From Omnitrophica WOR_2 bacterium RIFCSPHIGHO2_02_FULL_50_17 (GTDB lineage: Bacteria; Omnitrophota; Gorgyraeia; Zapsychrales; Zapsychraceae), in contig MHGQ01000041.1 in NCBI GenBank assembly GCA_001805645.1, positions 1 to 52,614 of the forward strand: a stretch of 52,614 nt of DNA, read 5' to 3'. This document shows positions 1-9,006 of this stretch, piece after piece. The notes beneath the pieces are model-generated. The model searched no databases, had not been told where the DNA came from, and saw only the letters and a list, made by a program, of their open reading frames with translations. Position 1 is the stretch's first letter. The number at the start of each line of letters is the position of its first letter. The position numbers and the translations under genes were made by a program.

Positions 1-3000
1 CTTCGTCGCTCGCGGCCGAAGGGAATCCTGAGCGAAGTCGAAGGGTATCCCGTCGTCTGTATCTCGTATCCCGTCGTTTGTATACCGTCGCTCGTCAAAA
101 GCACGAGATACGAACGACGAACGACGAGATACGGTATATGCCAGCGGCGTGTATTCCGTGTACTGCGGATTCTTCGCCTCGGTGCCGGCGCCGCCGTTAT
201 AGAGAGCCTTGACCTCGGCGGCCTTTAACGCGTAGTTGTAATAACGAAAATCATCCATCTGGCCGCCGTAATAATTGTGGTTGCCCTGGTTATTGTTTTT
301 GGCGCAGCCCATGCGGGCGTTATCCAAACCCCAGGTGCTGTTAAACCAGGCGTCCAATCCTAAACTCTGGTCCAGCACCGTGACGGCTACTTCACTGCCG
401 TTGACATACCCCTTGATACCGGTTCCATCCTGCACAAGCGCGACGTGCGACCACAAACCGGCTGCCAAGGCGTTGGGCAGACTGACCTTTAAGCTGATGA
501 CCGAGTTGGCGATGTAAAACTCCAAGTCATTCGCCGCGCGCAGTTCCACCCGGTTTTGCCCGTCGGTATCGGAAATCGAAAAAATCACATCTCCGGAAGA
601 TGGACTGCTAGGATTCACCCACAAGGCAATGCTACCGACAACATGGTTCTTTGCCGCGAGCAGAGTGTCGGCGTTGACAAGCTGGTTGGCCCCGTTTAAG
701 TTAAAGGAAGCGTTAATAACACCGGCGGAAGAAATAGTATTTGTGTAGAGCGGCGCGTACGCCATCATCTCCATCTCCGTTAAACCGACCTCCACGTGGC
801 CGCCGTTGGCGGATATATTAAGCCGGTATTTGTTGTAGGCGGTATCATTGGCAAAGTTAAACGTAACGGGCGACTGCCAGCCCCAGGATGAATAACTGCG
901 GGTATCGAGGACATCCCAACCGGAACCGTTAAATCCTTCAAATGTCCAGTTGTGTGGATTGCCGTCGTCATTGGGATAAATATGGCCGCGCGGGGCAATA
1001 ACATACTGGTTAATCTTGTGTATGGATGAAAATTCATAGGCCAGCCAGCCGCTTTTGGTCCCGTCGGCAACCCAGCCGTCCCAGTTCGTGGTATCATTGT
1101 CAAAGGCTCTATATGGGTAACAAGGACCTCCATTGCAATCCGTTCTATTAAGATATGAACTTGCACTCGCCGTCCCGCTGCCGGTCAAATCCGAGGTGTA
1201 AGCGGATGTCTGTTCCGTGATGGCCGGATATAGGGCGCCGGCGGTGTCGGCGACATTGCTGTCGGCGGCGTTGTCATTAAAGGCGTATTGCACCCACGGC
1301 GAAGGCATAGTGATCACCGCCGGGGCCGCGGGGGTTGCCGAACGCTCATTGGAGTTGCCGCTTTCCATATTCGTGTTGTAAGCGAAGGCTGCAAAATAAT
1401 AGGTTGTATCGTTCGCGAGCCCCGTGATGACTTTGTTGAGCGCACTACCGGCATCCAGGGTCGTCGTGTAATTCCCGCTTTGCGTCCCGTATTTGATTTT
1501 ATATCCGGTGGCATCAATGACACTTCCCCAGTTAAGTTTGACCTCGGTGCTTCCCGTCTGAATAAGATACAATTCCGGCGCGTTAAGCGTGACGGGAGGA
1601 ACCAGCGTTGGGTCATTGGCGATAGTCTCGATCTGCCCGGCCGCGTTGTAATTGTAGACGACGTTTTCTCCCTGGGGATACTGGATATCGGTCAACCGGC
1701 TCAACGCGTCATAACCGCGGTTCACCTCAAAAGCCCGGGCGTTCATCTCTTTCACCGACTGCAGTTCCCGGCCCAGCTCGTCATAGGCAAACTGCGTGTT
1801 CCCGCCGGAATACGTCGCCTGCGTCAGGCGGCCTTTGGCAAAGTTAGACGCCGTTGCGTTGTCATAGGTGTAGTTGACATTTACCATCCCGTTGACGCCG
1901 TCGGTTTTGTTGGTCAAACGGTTGAGAGCATCATAGGTGAAGACAAGCGTCTGCCCCTTGGCGTCGGTCTGGCTGATCAGATTGCCGTTGAGGTCATACG
2001 CATATCCCCAATGGCCCATGTCCGGATCATCCATCGTAATCTTGCGGCCCAAGACATCGTAGGTAATCGTTGTGGTATTGTTGTAGGCATCCTTGGTCTG
2101 GACGAGATTGCCTTCCGAATCGTAGGAATACAGAGTCGTAGCGTAAAGGGTATAGGGTTTGGCAGGGTAATTCGGACTGCGGCCGTCGGCGCCAAGATAC
2201 TCTTCTTTTTTGATGAGCCGGCCGTAGGCGTCGAAATGGGATTTCTGCCGGTGGCCGTTTTCATCGGTCGCGGTGAGCGTCCAATCATCATAAGAAACGC
2301 TCGCGAAAGTCCCGTCGGGATTGGTGGTTTTAACCGCCCGTCCCATGGCATCGTAGGTCATGAGTGTGTGGGGCTTGGCGGTGTCGATTGTATCAATCAC
2401 ATCCATCGGATTGGTGCTAAACGCCGGCAGATACTGCCGGCTCTTCAATCCCCGCGAATCATATTGAGTCTGTCCGTTGATCACATAACGGCCGTTGACT
2501 TCCGAGCGCGCCTTGGTCTGTGCCAGGCGCCCGAAACCGTCGATGAAACTCACCGTATCGATCGTTGCCGCTTTCCCGTGGTACACGCGCTGGCGGGTGG
2601 TGACCTTTGTATAACTTCCGAGAAATTCAATCTCTGTCGTTTGAGTCGGCAGTGCGATGGAATCCAGCGGCGAAACAACCGCCGCGGTGCGTCCGAACAC
2701 GTCGTATGAACGTTTGCCCTGCTGCTGGTTTGGGTCGGTGGTGGATTTGACCTGGCCCCAGAGGCCTTGCAGGCCGCTGGTATCGCTTAAGGCCACACCG
2801 TTGACCCCGTAATATTCATTGATCACTTTATGTCCGAGGGCGTTCTCGGTCGTCATCGGAAACATGTTGTACGTCGTGTCATACGTGACGCGCGCAACAT
2901 TCCCTATGGGGTCGGTGGTCGTCAGGAGATTCCCGCCGGCATCATACGTATATTGGGTGATAGGGTTGACGTTTCCTGTCCCGGCCCAATCCTCTTTTTT

Positions 3001-5952
3001 CGTCAAAAGCCCCTTGACCGGCGCCGCCGTATTGCCCTGATTGTCGTAATAGAACCAGCTCTGGCGGACAATGGTGCCGGCATTATCTTTGACCGTCGTC
3101 TGCCGCGGCAAGCCCACGATCCAGTTGCCGCCGGAGGTGTCTTGGACATACGCGGTCTCCACCGTGCGCGTGTCATTGCCGATATCGCCGCCCGTCGCCA
3201 AGTCCACTTCTCCCCATTGCACCGCTTTGGTCAAGTTGCCTAACTGCGGCGTTTCCTCAAAGGAAAATTCTTCGGCCGTGCGCCGGCCCGTCGCGTTGCC
3301 GTCGTAAACAAAATTATCTTTTCTTTGAAGATAGATGAAGTCGCTTCCGGCGGCAATTTCCTGCTTCGTCCAGGTGTTGACCGTCTTGCTGTAGAGACTG
3401 CCGGAGGCGTCATAAATCCGCTGTTCCAAGACCCTTCCTTTATAGATGCCGTCCTGGGCGAAGGTTGTTTCGGAATAATTGCCGTCGGGGTCCGTGACGC
3501 GCACCAGGCCGAAGCCGCGGAATTCCCGTTCTTGCGCGTCCCACAATCCCTGCTCGTAGGAATTCTGAATCGTGTACGATTCCCCCAGGCCGTTGGACTT
3601 GATGATGGATTTCACCACCTGAATCGAAAAGGGGAGAAACGTCTGCGGATAATTGACAGCGGCCTCATAGGTAATGGAAGACTGCCCGCCCAGACCGTTC
3701 TCGATGGATGACATGATATCCGGCATGACACCGTTGGAAAACGCGATCTCCAGCTTCCCTATAAGATTGTAGACGGCAAAATCAATAATGGTGTCACCGT
3801 TGTAATCCCCCTGCTGTATCTGCGTGTTCGGCCCTTTGATACCGAAGACAAAGGGCAGTTCCGCCGCCGCGGCAAAAGACAACCCATTGGACACGCGGTA
3901 AATGACCTTGCCCGTTGAATCGTCATAAAAGCCTAAGTCGGTTAAGCCGTCATAATTGAAATCCGACACGACTGTATTTCTGCCCGCTCCGAATCCGGAA
4001 ACGGCGGACAATTGCCGCAGGCCTGCGAGGATGTCCCCCGTATTCAGGCGTATATCCCAATTCCCGCTTGTTTTATTAAACGCGCCGAAGTCAATCTGGC
4101 CGTCGCCGTTAAAATCTCCCACGACAGGCGTATCACCGGAGCTTCCAATCAGGATATTCTGTCCGCCGGAGAGGGCCGCGAAGCTGGTGCCCTTATTCAG
4201 GGCGGTGCGGACATACAAACTTCCGGAGGATTTATAAAATGTTAAAATATCCGTCAGCCCGTCCCCGTTAAAATCCCCCGTGGCGGGGTCTTCGCCGGCG
4301 CCGAAGCCGGAGAGCCACACCCCCGAATCGTTGAACCGGCTGCCGTCGGAAAAGGCCACACGCCAGCCCCCGCTGGCCGGGTCAAAGCCGCTGATATCCA
4401 TGCGCCCGTCGGCGTTAAAATCACCCAAAACCAGTTTGCCGTTTGTCCCAAAGCCGGTAATCCATGTTTCCTTCGCTGAGAAGACGCTGCCAGTGGAGCG
4501 CTCGATCTCCACCTTGCCGTCGGCGGAGGTGAAGGTGGCGATGTCCGTTAGCCCGTCGGCGTTAAAGTCCCCGGAGATCTGCGGCAGGATAACACTCGAG
4601 GAATTCATTAAATCAACATTATTCGCCAGGGCGTAATTAAGATTAAAACCAAAACCCTCGTGCTGATGATAAAGAGTTATCTCGACGAGATTGTACCCCG
4701 CCTGCAACGACCATGAAGGGCCCACAGACTGGGAATAATTGCCATTAAGCCAGATCCCGTCAACGCCTCCTGTCGAGTAAGGAACACTTAAAGTCGCGGC
4801 CTTGTCCACATAAAGATATGTCCAGAGCCAGTGAGCCGTGTCCTGGCCGCTGGAGAAGCTGAAATTGCCTGTGCCGTCGCCCTTTGTAGAGAGCGGCCCC
4901 CAATTGACACTGTTACACATATTTGTCGGCGGACACGGGCCGTAATTCTCGTGGCCGCGGTCATATCCGGAATCGTAGCGGTAGTTCCAAAGGTTGTCTC
5001 CGGCGACGGCATTATTCATCGACGTCACGGCATAATTAAAATCAGGATTTTTCGAGGTTTGATAGGAAAACGCCATCGGCGGCAGGGAGCTGAAGCCGTC
5101 GGAGCCGAATTGGACAACAGAGGTTAATAAGGAGCGCCCCGTTGTTTTACTGCCGCTGTAAAGAAAATCGTATTTTCTCTGGAGACTGCCGTCAACGCTC
5201 GCCGTCATCCGGCTGAGCCGCAAGCGTATGGACATGCGAAAGCCGGTGTTGTAGCGGTCAATCTCATTCTCCGGACGCGCCTCCCGCTCAAAAGCCACCT
5301 GAGCAAAGGGGGACAACCCTTTTTGAGAATTGCCCGTGTAACGGATGTCCTGCGGATATAATTTATTTTCGTCACGGAAATACTCGATGGTCATATTATT
5401 GCCGCGGGGGTCTTCGACTTTGTTCAAATACCACTTAAAGACGCGGCTGGTGTCGTCGGGGTCGTATTCCCGGGCGGATGTGGTCTCGCCGAAGAAATAC
5501 TGGGTGCCGTTTTTATCCATGACCTTCCAATAGCCGGAGGTCCGCTCAATCTTCATAAATGCCCCTTCCACCTTGCCGTGGTAGAGTCCAGTGCCCGCGT
5601 CAAAAACCAGTTCCTGGACGCCGCCGTTCTGGACCAAAAGAAATGTATCCGTATCGTCGTAATGAGGCACCCCGCCTTTGGCGGAACGCTGCACCGCTCC
5701 CAGTTCCAGGCTCCATCCCACCCCTAGGATATCGTTGGACGAACTGGAATTATATTGAAGCTGGATATTCGGCTGAATACCGCCGCGCCCGGGAGGGACA
5801 TCCAGAGGAACGCCAAAATTGGCGCTGCCCGTGTGCGGGTCAGCCTCGGCGGAGAGGGCCGTAAACTGATTTTGAGAAGACGCGAAAACCGTGTGAGCAT
5901 TTAACAAAACGATGGCAACCATCATCCCCACGACAAACCATGCCTTTTTCAT
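1..5952 (-). CDS. Giant secreted RHS/YD-repeat protein (SpvB + FG-GAP/VCBS + TcdB-midN + YD repeats + FN3 + LamG with inserted F5/8-discoidin domain); 3' end runs off window
   Basis: ATG at 5952 with GAAGGAGG RBS. Hand translation gives signal peptide MKKAWFVVGMMVAIVLLNAHTVFA, SpvB motif VPPGRGGIQPNIQLQYNS..LGVGWSL, repeated GDFNxDGxxD motifs, WDAQEREFRGFG, YD repeats, FN3 (VKLNW..ATGYKIKYG..GLANDTTYYF) and LamG (GQMDDFRYYNYAL). The same frame is open at position 1; it is absent from the ORF track because no stop lies in the window. Confidence 0.9.
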   Translation of the reverse strand, partial: MKKAWFVVGMMVAIVLLNAHTVFASSQNQFTALSAEADPHTGSANFGVPLDVPPGRGGIQPNIQLQYNSSSSNDILGVGWSLELGAVQRSAKGGVPHYDDTDTFLLVQNGGVQELVFDAGTGLYHGKVEGAFMKIERTSGYWKVMDKNGTQYFFGETTSAREYDPDDTSRVFKWYLNKVEDPRGNNMTIEYFRDENKLYPQDIRYTGNSQKGLSPFAQVAFEREARPENEIDRYNTGFRMSIRLRLSRMTASVDGSLQRKYDFLYSGSKTTGRSLLTSVVQFGSDGFSSLPPMAFSYQTSKNPDFNYAVTSMNNAVAGDNLWNYRYDSGYDRGHENYGPCPPTNMCNSVNWGPLSTKGDGTGNFSFSSGQDTAHWLWTYLYVDKAATLSVPYSTGGVDGIWLNGNYSQSVGPSWSLQAGYNLVEITLYHQHEGFGFNLNYALANNVDLMNSSSVILPQISGDFNADGLTDIATFTSADGKVEIERSTGSVFSAKETWITGFGTNGKLVLGDFNADGRMDISGFDPASGGWRVAFSDGSRFNDSGVWLSGFGAGEDPATGDFNGDGLTDILTFYKSSGSLYVRTALNKGTSFAALSGGQNILIGSSGDTPVVGDFNGDGQIDFGAFNKTSGNWDIRLNTGDILAGLRQLSAVSGFGAGRNTVVSDFNYDGLTDLGFYDDSTGKVIYRVSNGLSFAAAAELPFVFGIKGPNTQIQQGDYNGDTIIDFAVYNLIGKLEIAFSNGVMPDIMSSIENGLGGQSSITYEAAVNYPQTFLPFSIQVVKSIIKSNGLGESYTIQNSYEQGLWDAQEREFRGFGLVRVTDPDGNYSETTFAQDGIYKGRVLEQRIYDASGSLYSKTVNTWTKQEIAAGSDFIYLQRKDNFVYDGNATGRRTAEEFSFEETPQLGNLTKAVQWGEVDLATGGDIGNDTRTVETAYVQDTSGGNWIVGLPRQTTVKDNAGTIVRQSWFYYDNQGNTAAPVKGLLTKKEDWAGTGNVNPITQYTYDAGGNLLTTTDPIGNVARVTYDTTYNMFPMTTENALGHKVINEYYGVNGVALSDTSGLQGLWGQVKSTTDPNQQQGKRSYDVFGRTAAVVSPLDSIALPTQTTEIEFLGSYTKVTTRQRVYHGKAATIDTVSFIDGFGRLAQTKARSEVNGRYVINGQTQYDSRGLKSRQYLPAFSTNPMDVIDTIDTAKPHTLMTYDAMGRAVKTTNPDGTFASVSYDDWTLTATDENGHRQKSHFDAYGRLIKKEEYLGADGRSPNYPAKPYTLYATTLYSYDSEGNLVQTKDAYNNTTTITYDVLGRKITMDDPDMGHWGYAYDLNGNLISQTDAKGQTLVFTYDALNRLTNKTDGVNGMVNVNYTYDNATASNFAKGRLTQATYSGGNTQFAYDELGRELQSVKEMNARAFEVNRGYDALSRLTDIQYPQGENVVYNYNAAGQIETIANDPTLVPPVTLNAPELYLIQTGSTEVKLNWGSVIDATGYKIKYGTQSGNYTTTLDAGSALNKVITGLANDTTYYFAAFAYNTNMESGNSNERSATPAAPAVITMPSPWVQYAFNDNAADSNVADTAGALYPAITEQTSAYTSDLTGSGTASASSYLNRTDCNGGPCYPYRAFDNDTTNWDGWVADGTKSGWLAYEFSSIHKINQYVIAPRGHIYPNDDGNPHNWTFEGFNGSGWDVLDTRSYSSWGWQSPVTFNFANDTAYNKYRLNISANGGHVEVGLTEMEMMAYAPLYTNTISSAGVINASFNLNGANQLVNADTLLAAKNHVVGSIALWVNPSSPSSGDVIFSISDTDGQNRVELRAANDLEFYIANSVISLKVSLPNALAAGLWSHVALVQDGTGIKGYVNGSEVAVTVLDQSLGLDAWFNSTWGLDNARMGCAKNNNQGNHNYYGGQMDDFRYYNYALKAAEVKALYNGGAGTEAKNPQYTEYTPLAYTVSRRSSFVSRAFDERRYTNDGIRDTDDGIPFDFAQDSLRPRATK
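45..137. repeat. Inverted heptamer tandem-repeat hairpin, in frame inside the RHS gene
   Basis: Left arm gtatccc gtcgtct gtatctc gtatccc gtcgttt gtatacc gtcgctc; loop caaaagc; right arm acgagat acgaacg acgaacg acgagat acggtat. Confidence 0.85.
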
Positions 5953-5965
5953 GACAGCCTCCTTC

Positions 5966-6002
5966 TTCCCCTCCCCTAACCCCTCCCACAAGTGGAGGGG
6001 AA
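5966..6002. repeat. REP-like C/G-rich hairpin (CCCCTCCC...GGAGGGG family)
   Basis: ttcccctcccctaacccctcccacaagtggaggggaa; related copies at 28673-28758 and 42617-42646. Confidence 0.6.
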
Positions 6003-6158
6003 TAATATTAAATTCCTTCCCCTGATAAAGAGAGGAATCCTTCATATCAAAAGAAGGGGTGCCCTTCCCGGGAGCCGTCCTCGGGCCTCACCAAAACCGC
6101 CGGGGAGAAAAAAGCGATTTTCTGGAAAAACACCCCCCCCTTATAAACCATCCTATGG

Positions 6159-6193
6159 CGTGAAGCGTATCTCGTGAAGCGTCTCTCGCATTC
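6159..6193. repeat. Heptamer array, downstream arm of four-helix-bundle element A
   Basis: cgtgaag cgtatct cgtgaag cgtctct cgcattc; complementary to 6565-6592. Confidence 0.8.
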
Positions 6194-6196
6194 TCA

Positions 6197-6571
6197 TTAA
6201 AGTTTTTTGATCAAATTCCTGATCATCCGCGATTCATGATCAACTTTCTCAAGCAATTCTAATTTTATCGATTGACTGATATAAACTAAATCCTCACATA
6301 TCTCGATTTGTGTCTCCAGTTCGGCACAAGATCCTAAAGCCAAATAGAGAAACTGCCGATATTCTTTGTTATGATACCGGTTGAACCCCTCCGCAATATT
6401 TGATGGAATAGAAATTGCAGCCCTTCGCATTTGCGCGATCAAGGTAAATAACTCTTCTCTAGGGAATTCTCTCGTTGCTGCATAGACCATGCCCACTATC
6501 TTTTTGCCCAATTGCCAGATATCAAGATCCCTGAAATTCTTTATTTTCTGTTTTTCACTGTCCTGATTCAC
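6197..6571 (-). CDS. Four helix bundle protein (23S rRNA IVS protein family / Avd-like), copy A
   Basis: FRDLDIWQ...FPREELFTLIAQMRRAAISIPSNIAEG...FLYLALGSCAELETQ signature. Confidence 0.93.
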   Translation of the reverse strand: MNQDSEKQKIKNFRDLDIWQLGKKIVGMVYAATREFPREELFTLIAQMRRAAISIPSNIAEGFNRYHNKEYRQFLYLALGSCAELETQIEICEDLVYISQSIKLELLEKVDHESRMIRNLIKKL

Positions 6572-6592
6572 GATTCACTCTTCACGTTTCAC
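6565..6592. repeat. Heptamer array, upstream arm of element A (contains the GTG start)
   Basis: gattcac gattcac tcttcac gtttcac. Confidence 0.8.
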
Positions 6593-6598
6593 GATCTT

Positions 6599-6728
6599 AA
6601 AAAGAGGGGTGCCATGCATCGAGCACCTCGGATTTCCCTTTTTTCAGGTTTATCCCCCCATGCGATACCCTTCTCTTTAGGCTCTTTCCTACGAAAGAGC
6701 CTAAAGAGCGCATGGACACCCCCTTTTT
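6599..6728 (-). other. Multi-branched structured intergenic element (candidate ncRNA/attenuator)
   Basis: Outer inverted repeat aaaagaggggtgccatgc / gcatggacacccccttttt enclosing a perfect 16-bp stem (6673-6708). Confidence 0.45.
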
Positions 6729-6787
6729 CATCACACAAATAGCCACAGAAACCCAGCGCATCCGCCTTCGGCGGACGATACACCTGA

Positions 6788-7063
6788 TTATCCCTTTGTT
6801 TTTTCCTGAATTTTGTCCTTCCCGGTCTTATCCATTCCAACGGCCAGGTCTTCGCTGAAGCATTTCTTGCAAGGGGTATACCCTTCCTTCAAGGCGCCCC
6901 CTTTGTCAATCTTGCTCAGGTCCTTTTTGCCCTTGATAAGCCGGCATATCTCCTTGTGGTATTTACTGCCCTTTTGCGTTACAAAAACCTCGTCGGCAAA
7001 AACACTCGTTGCGACCGACACAAACACAACCAACATCCCCACCATCACTGTCTTACGTATCAT
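6788..7063 (-). CDS. Small secreted protein with Ada-like metal-binding domain
   Basis: Signal peptide (MIRKTV...SVFA) then VFVTQKGSKYHKEIC...GYTPCKKC motif; ATG at 7063 with GGAGAAGAGG RBS. Confidence 0.75.
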   Translation of the reverse strand: MIRKTVMVGMLVVFVSVATSVFADEVFVTQKGSKYHKEICRLIKGKKDLSKIDKGGALKEGYTPCKKCFSEDLAVGMDKTGKDKIQEKTKG

Positions 7064-8726
7064 TGCCTCTTCTCCTTTTTTGTGCCCTGTGGCTATAAGG
7101 GTTGACGTTCTCCTGCATAAGACGGCTGAATTCCCCGCCGGTAAACGCATCGATAAGGGCGGTCAGCTCCTCGACGCGCATCTGTTTATCCAGCCGTATC
7201 TGCGGCTCCAGCGCAGAAGCCATGGCCAATTCCATCTGGATTCTGCGCCGCTCAAAATACAATCGGGTGACCTGATCCAGGATATCCTCGCGCAACTCCA
7301 CCATAAGTTTCGATCGCGTATCAATACCGGTCTGGTCATCGCTCCAAATCAGATCACCCAAATCCCACGAAAGCGCGACATCCCAATCGAGGAGGTCGCG
7401 CCCTTTCACAAGCGCATCGGGATTGGCGCCCGTGTCCCAGTGAAAAAATTCGCTGTCAGCCCTGTCTATCCCGACGGACAAAGACGGCAAAAAGGCCCTC
7501 GTCCGGGCCAGGCTGCGCCAGCTTTTGATTTTGTCCGGATGCACTTCGGCATAATCAATGGCCCAGCGGTGCACCTCGCCGATCGCCGGCTCGTCATGAA
7601 AATTCTTATCCATCTCTTCCAAATCCTTCATGGGTGTCTTTGTCCCTTTATCTCCTTGTAATTCTGAAAAAGGGAGCGCTTTCCCGTCGGGCAAATAAAA
7701 AATGCCCTTGTCCGTCGCCGCATAAACCGTCTCTTGCGCATCCCGAATCAAATGGTTCACCTGATTTGTCTCCATTCCTTTGTAGAGAGACATCCAGCGC
7801 CCGTCTTCAAAGACAAACGCCCCCTTTTTTGTCCCTGCCAACAGGCGCACGCAACGAATGTCGCCTGCAGGGCAGTGTTCACCGTGGCTGGTTGAGGGGA
7901 CCTCAAGGCTTACTAAAGAGGTTATTTCATTTAACGGGAGGGGCCCGGCGGCGATCGGCTGCCATTGCTGTCCCTGATCAGCGCTTGAATAAATCCCCTT
8001 GGACGAGGCCAGGAAAAGGCGGCCGTTGGGAGCAACGTGAAGCGAGCGAATGATAGAATTGTCGCCTGAATCGAACGTCTCATCGGAGGTGTTATCCCCG
8101 TTGGGGATATCACGAATTCCGACGGAAAATACCGCCGCATACCGCTCTGCCTGTTTATGCATCCGGTATAAGCGCCTGTCTGTTGCCAGATAAATAAAAT
8201 CCTTGTCCTGGACCGTGTGGTAAACCGACCTGTCCCCCAGCTCCCCTTCGAGGGTCCGCCAGGTTGTTCCCGGAAAATCCCTGCGGCGCAGCCCCCGGGA
8301 GGTTGCGGCATAAAGATGCTTTTCATCCTGAACAACCGACAGGCATTTCCTGGCCTCTGCATCGGAATCATAATAAATCCTTCGCCATCTCTCCCCCTCA
8401 TCAAGACTCTCATACAAGCCTGCGTCCGTAGCCGCGTAGACGGCCTGCGGTTGGTCCGGCGGCACATAAATAAAGTTAACTTCTTTAGACTCGCCGTCCG
8501 GCTGAAAAACGCTTCGGTAGTCTCTTCCCCTATTATTAGATTTGTAGAGAGCCTTGGCGGTGCCGGCATAAATGACGGACTCATTCAAGGGATGAACGGC
8601 CAGGGCGCGGACATCGGACTCATAAATCCCATCCGATGCCCTTTGCCAGATGAAAGAAGCCGCAGAAAAGCCAAAACAGGTAAAACCGGTCAAAAGAATA
8701 AAAAATACTCGTAAGAAATCCTTCAT
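7053..8726 (-). CDS. Secreted BNR/Ycf48-like beta-propeller protein with C-terminal TolC/outer-membrane-efflux-like helical domain
   Basis: Signal peptide; repeated LYxSxDxGxxW (Asp-box) motifs; C-terminal WDVALSWDLGDL and helical LREDILDQVTRLYFERRR segment. Confidence 0.65.
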   Translation of the reverse strand: MKDFLRVFFILLTGFTCFGFSAASFIWQRASDGIYESDVRALAVHPLNESVIYAGTAKALYKSNNRGRDYRSVFQPDGESKEVNFIYVPPDQPQAVYAATDAGLYESLDEGERWRRIYYDSDAEARKCLSVVQDEKHLYAATSRGLRRRDFPGTTWRTLEGELGDRSVYHTVQDKDFIYLATDRRLYRMHKQAERYAAVFSVGIRDIPNGDNTSDETFDSGDNSIIRSLHVAPNGRLFLASSKGIYSSADQGQQWQPIAAGPLPLNEITSLVSLEVPSTSHGEHCPAGDIRCVRLLAGTKKGAFVFEDGRWMSLYKGMETNQVNHLIRDAQETVYAATDKGIFYLPDGKALPFSELQGDKGTKTPMKDLEEMDKNFHDEPAIGEVHRWAIDYAEVHPDKIKSWRSLARTRAFLPSLSVGIDRADSEFFHWDTGANPDALVKGRDLLDWDVALSWDLGDLIWSDDQTGIDTRSKLMVELREDILDQVTRLYFERRRIQMELAMASALEPQIRLDKQMRVEELTALIDAFTGGEFSRLMQENVNPYSHRAQKRRRGNDT

Positions 8727-8813
8727 TTCATCGCATCCTTATCCATCTTCTCAACGCACATGACACTTAAGGCCTTCCCCACTTTCTATCAACGAATGAC
8801 GCATACGAAACGA

Positions 8814-8842
8814 AGTGTAACATGGTATTGATTATTTGTCAA
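8814..8842 (-). promoter_or_regulatory. sigma70-type promoter of the propeller-RHS operon overlapped by an operator
   Basis: Minus strand TTGACA-17 bp-TACACT with extended -10 TG; the -35 lies in the imperfect palindrome ATTGATTATTTGTCAA (8827-8842). Confidence 0.6.
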
Positions 8843-8950
8843 GTCTCGTTGATTTTTATACAATTTATAATATATTGATTTATAATGGGTTACAATCGTG
8901 TAAAAAAATTTATTTTTACTCCGGGGAATTATTGATTTTTAATTAAAAAT

Positions 8951-8980
8951 GATTGACTATTTGTCAATCTGTGGTACACT
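8951..8980 (+). promoter_or_regulatory. Promoter of XRE regulator overlapped by palindromic operator
   Basis: GATTGAC-TATTT-GTCAATC perfect inverted repeat (8951-8969) containing TTGACT, 16 bp from TGgTACACT. Confidence 0.6.
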
Positions 8981-9006
8981 TCATTTACCACACGAAGGGG
9001 GAGAAA

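Noticed and set aside
1288-5127. Long + strand ORFs (1288-2709, 2830-3243, 3325-3711, 4012-4245, 4831-5127)
   Set aside because: All are in the antisense register of the RHS gene and have no motifs; shadow ORFs. The same applies to antisense ORFs over mreB, ileS, pilB and others.
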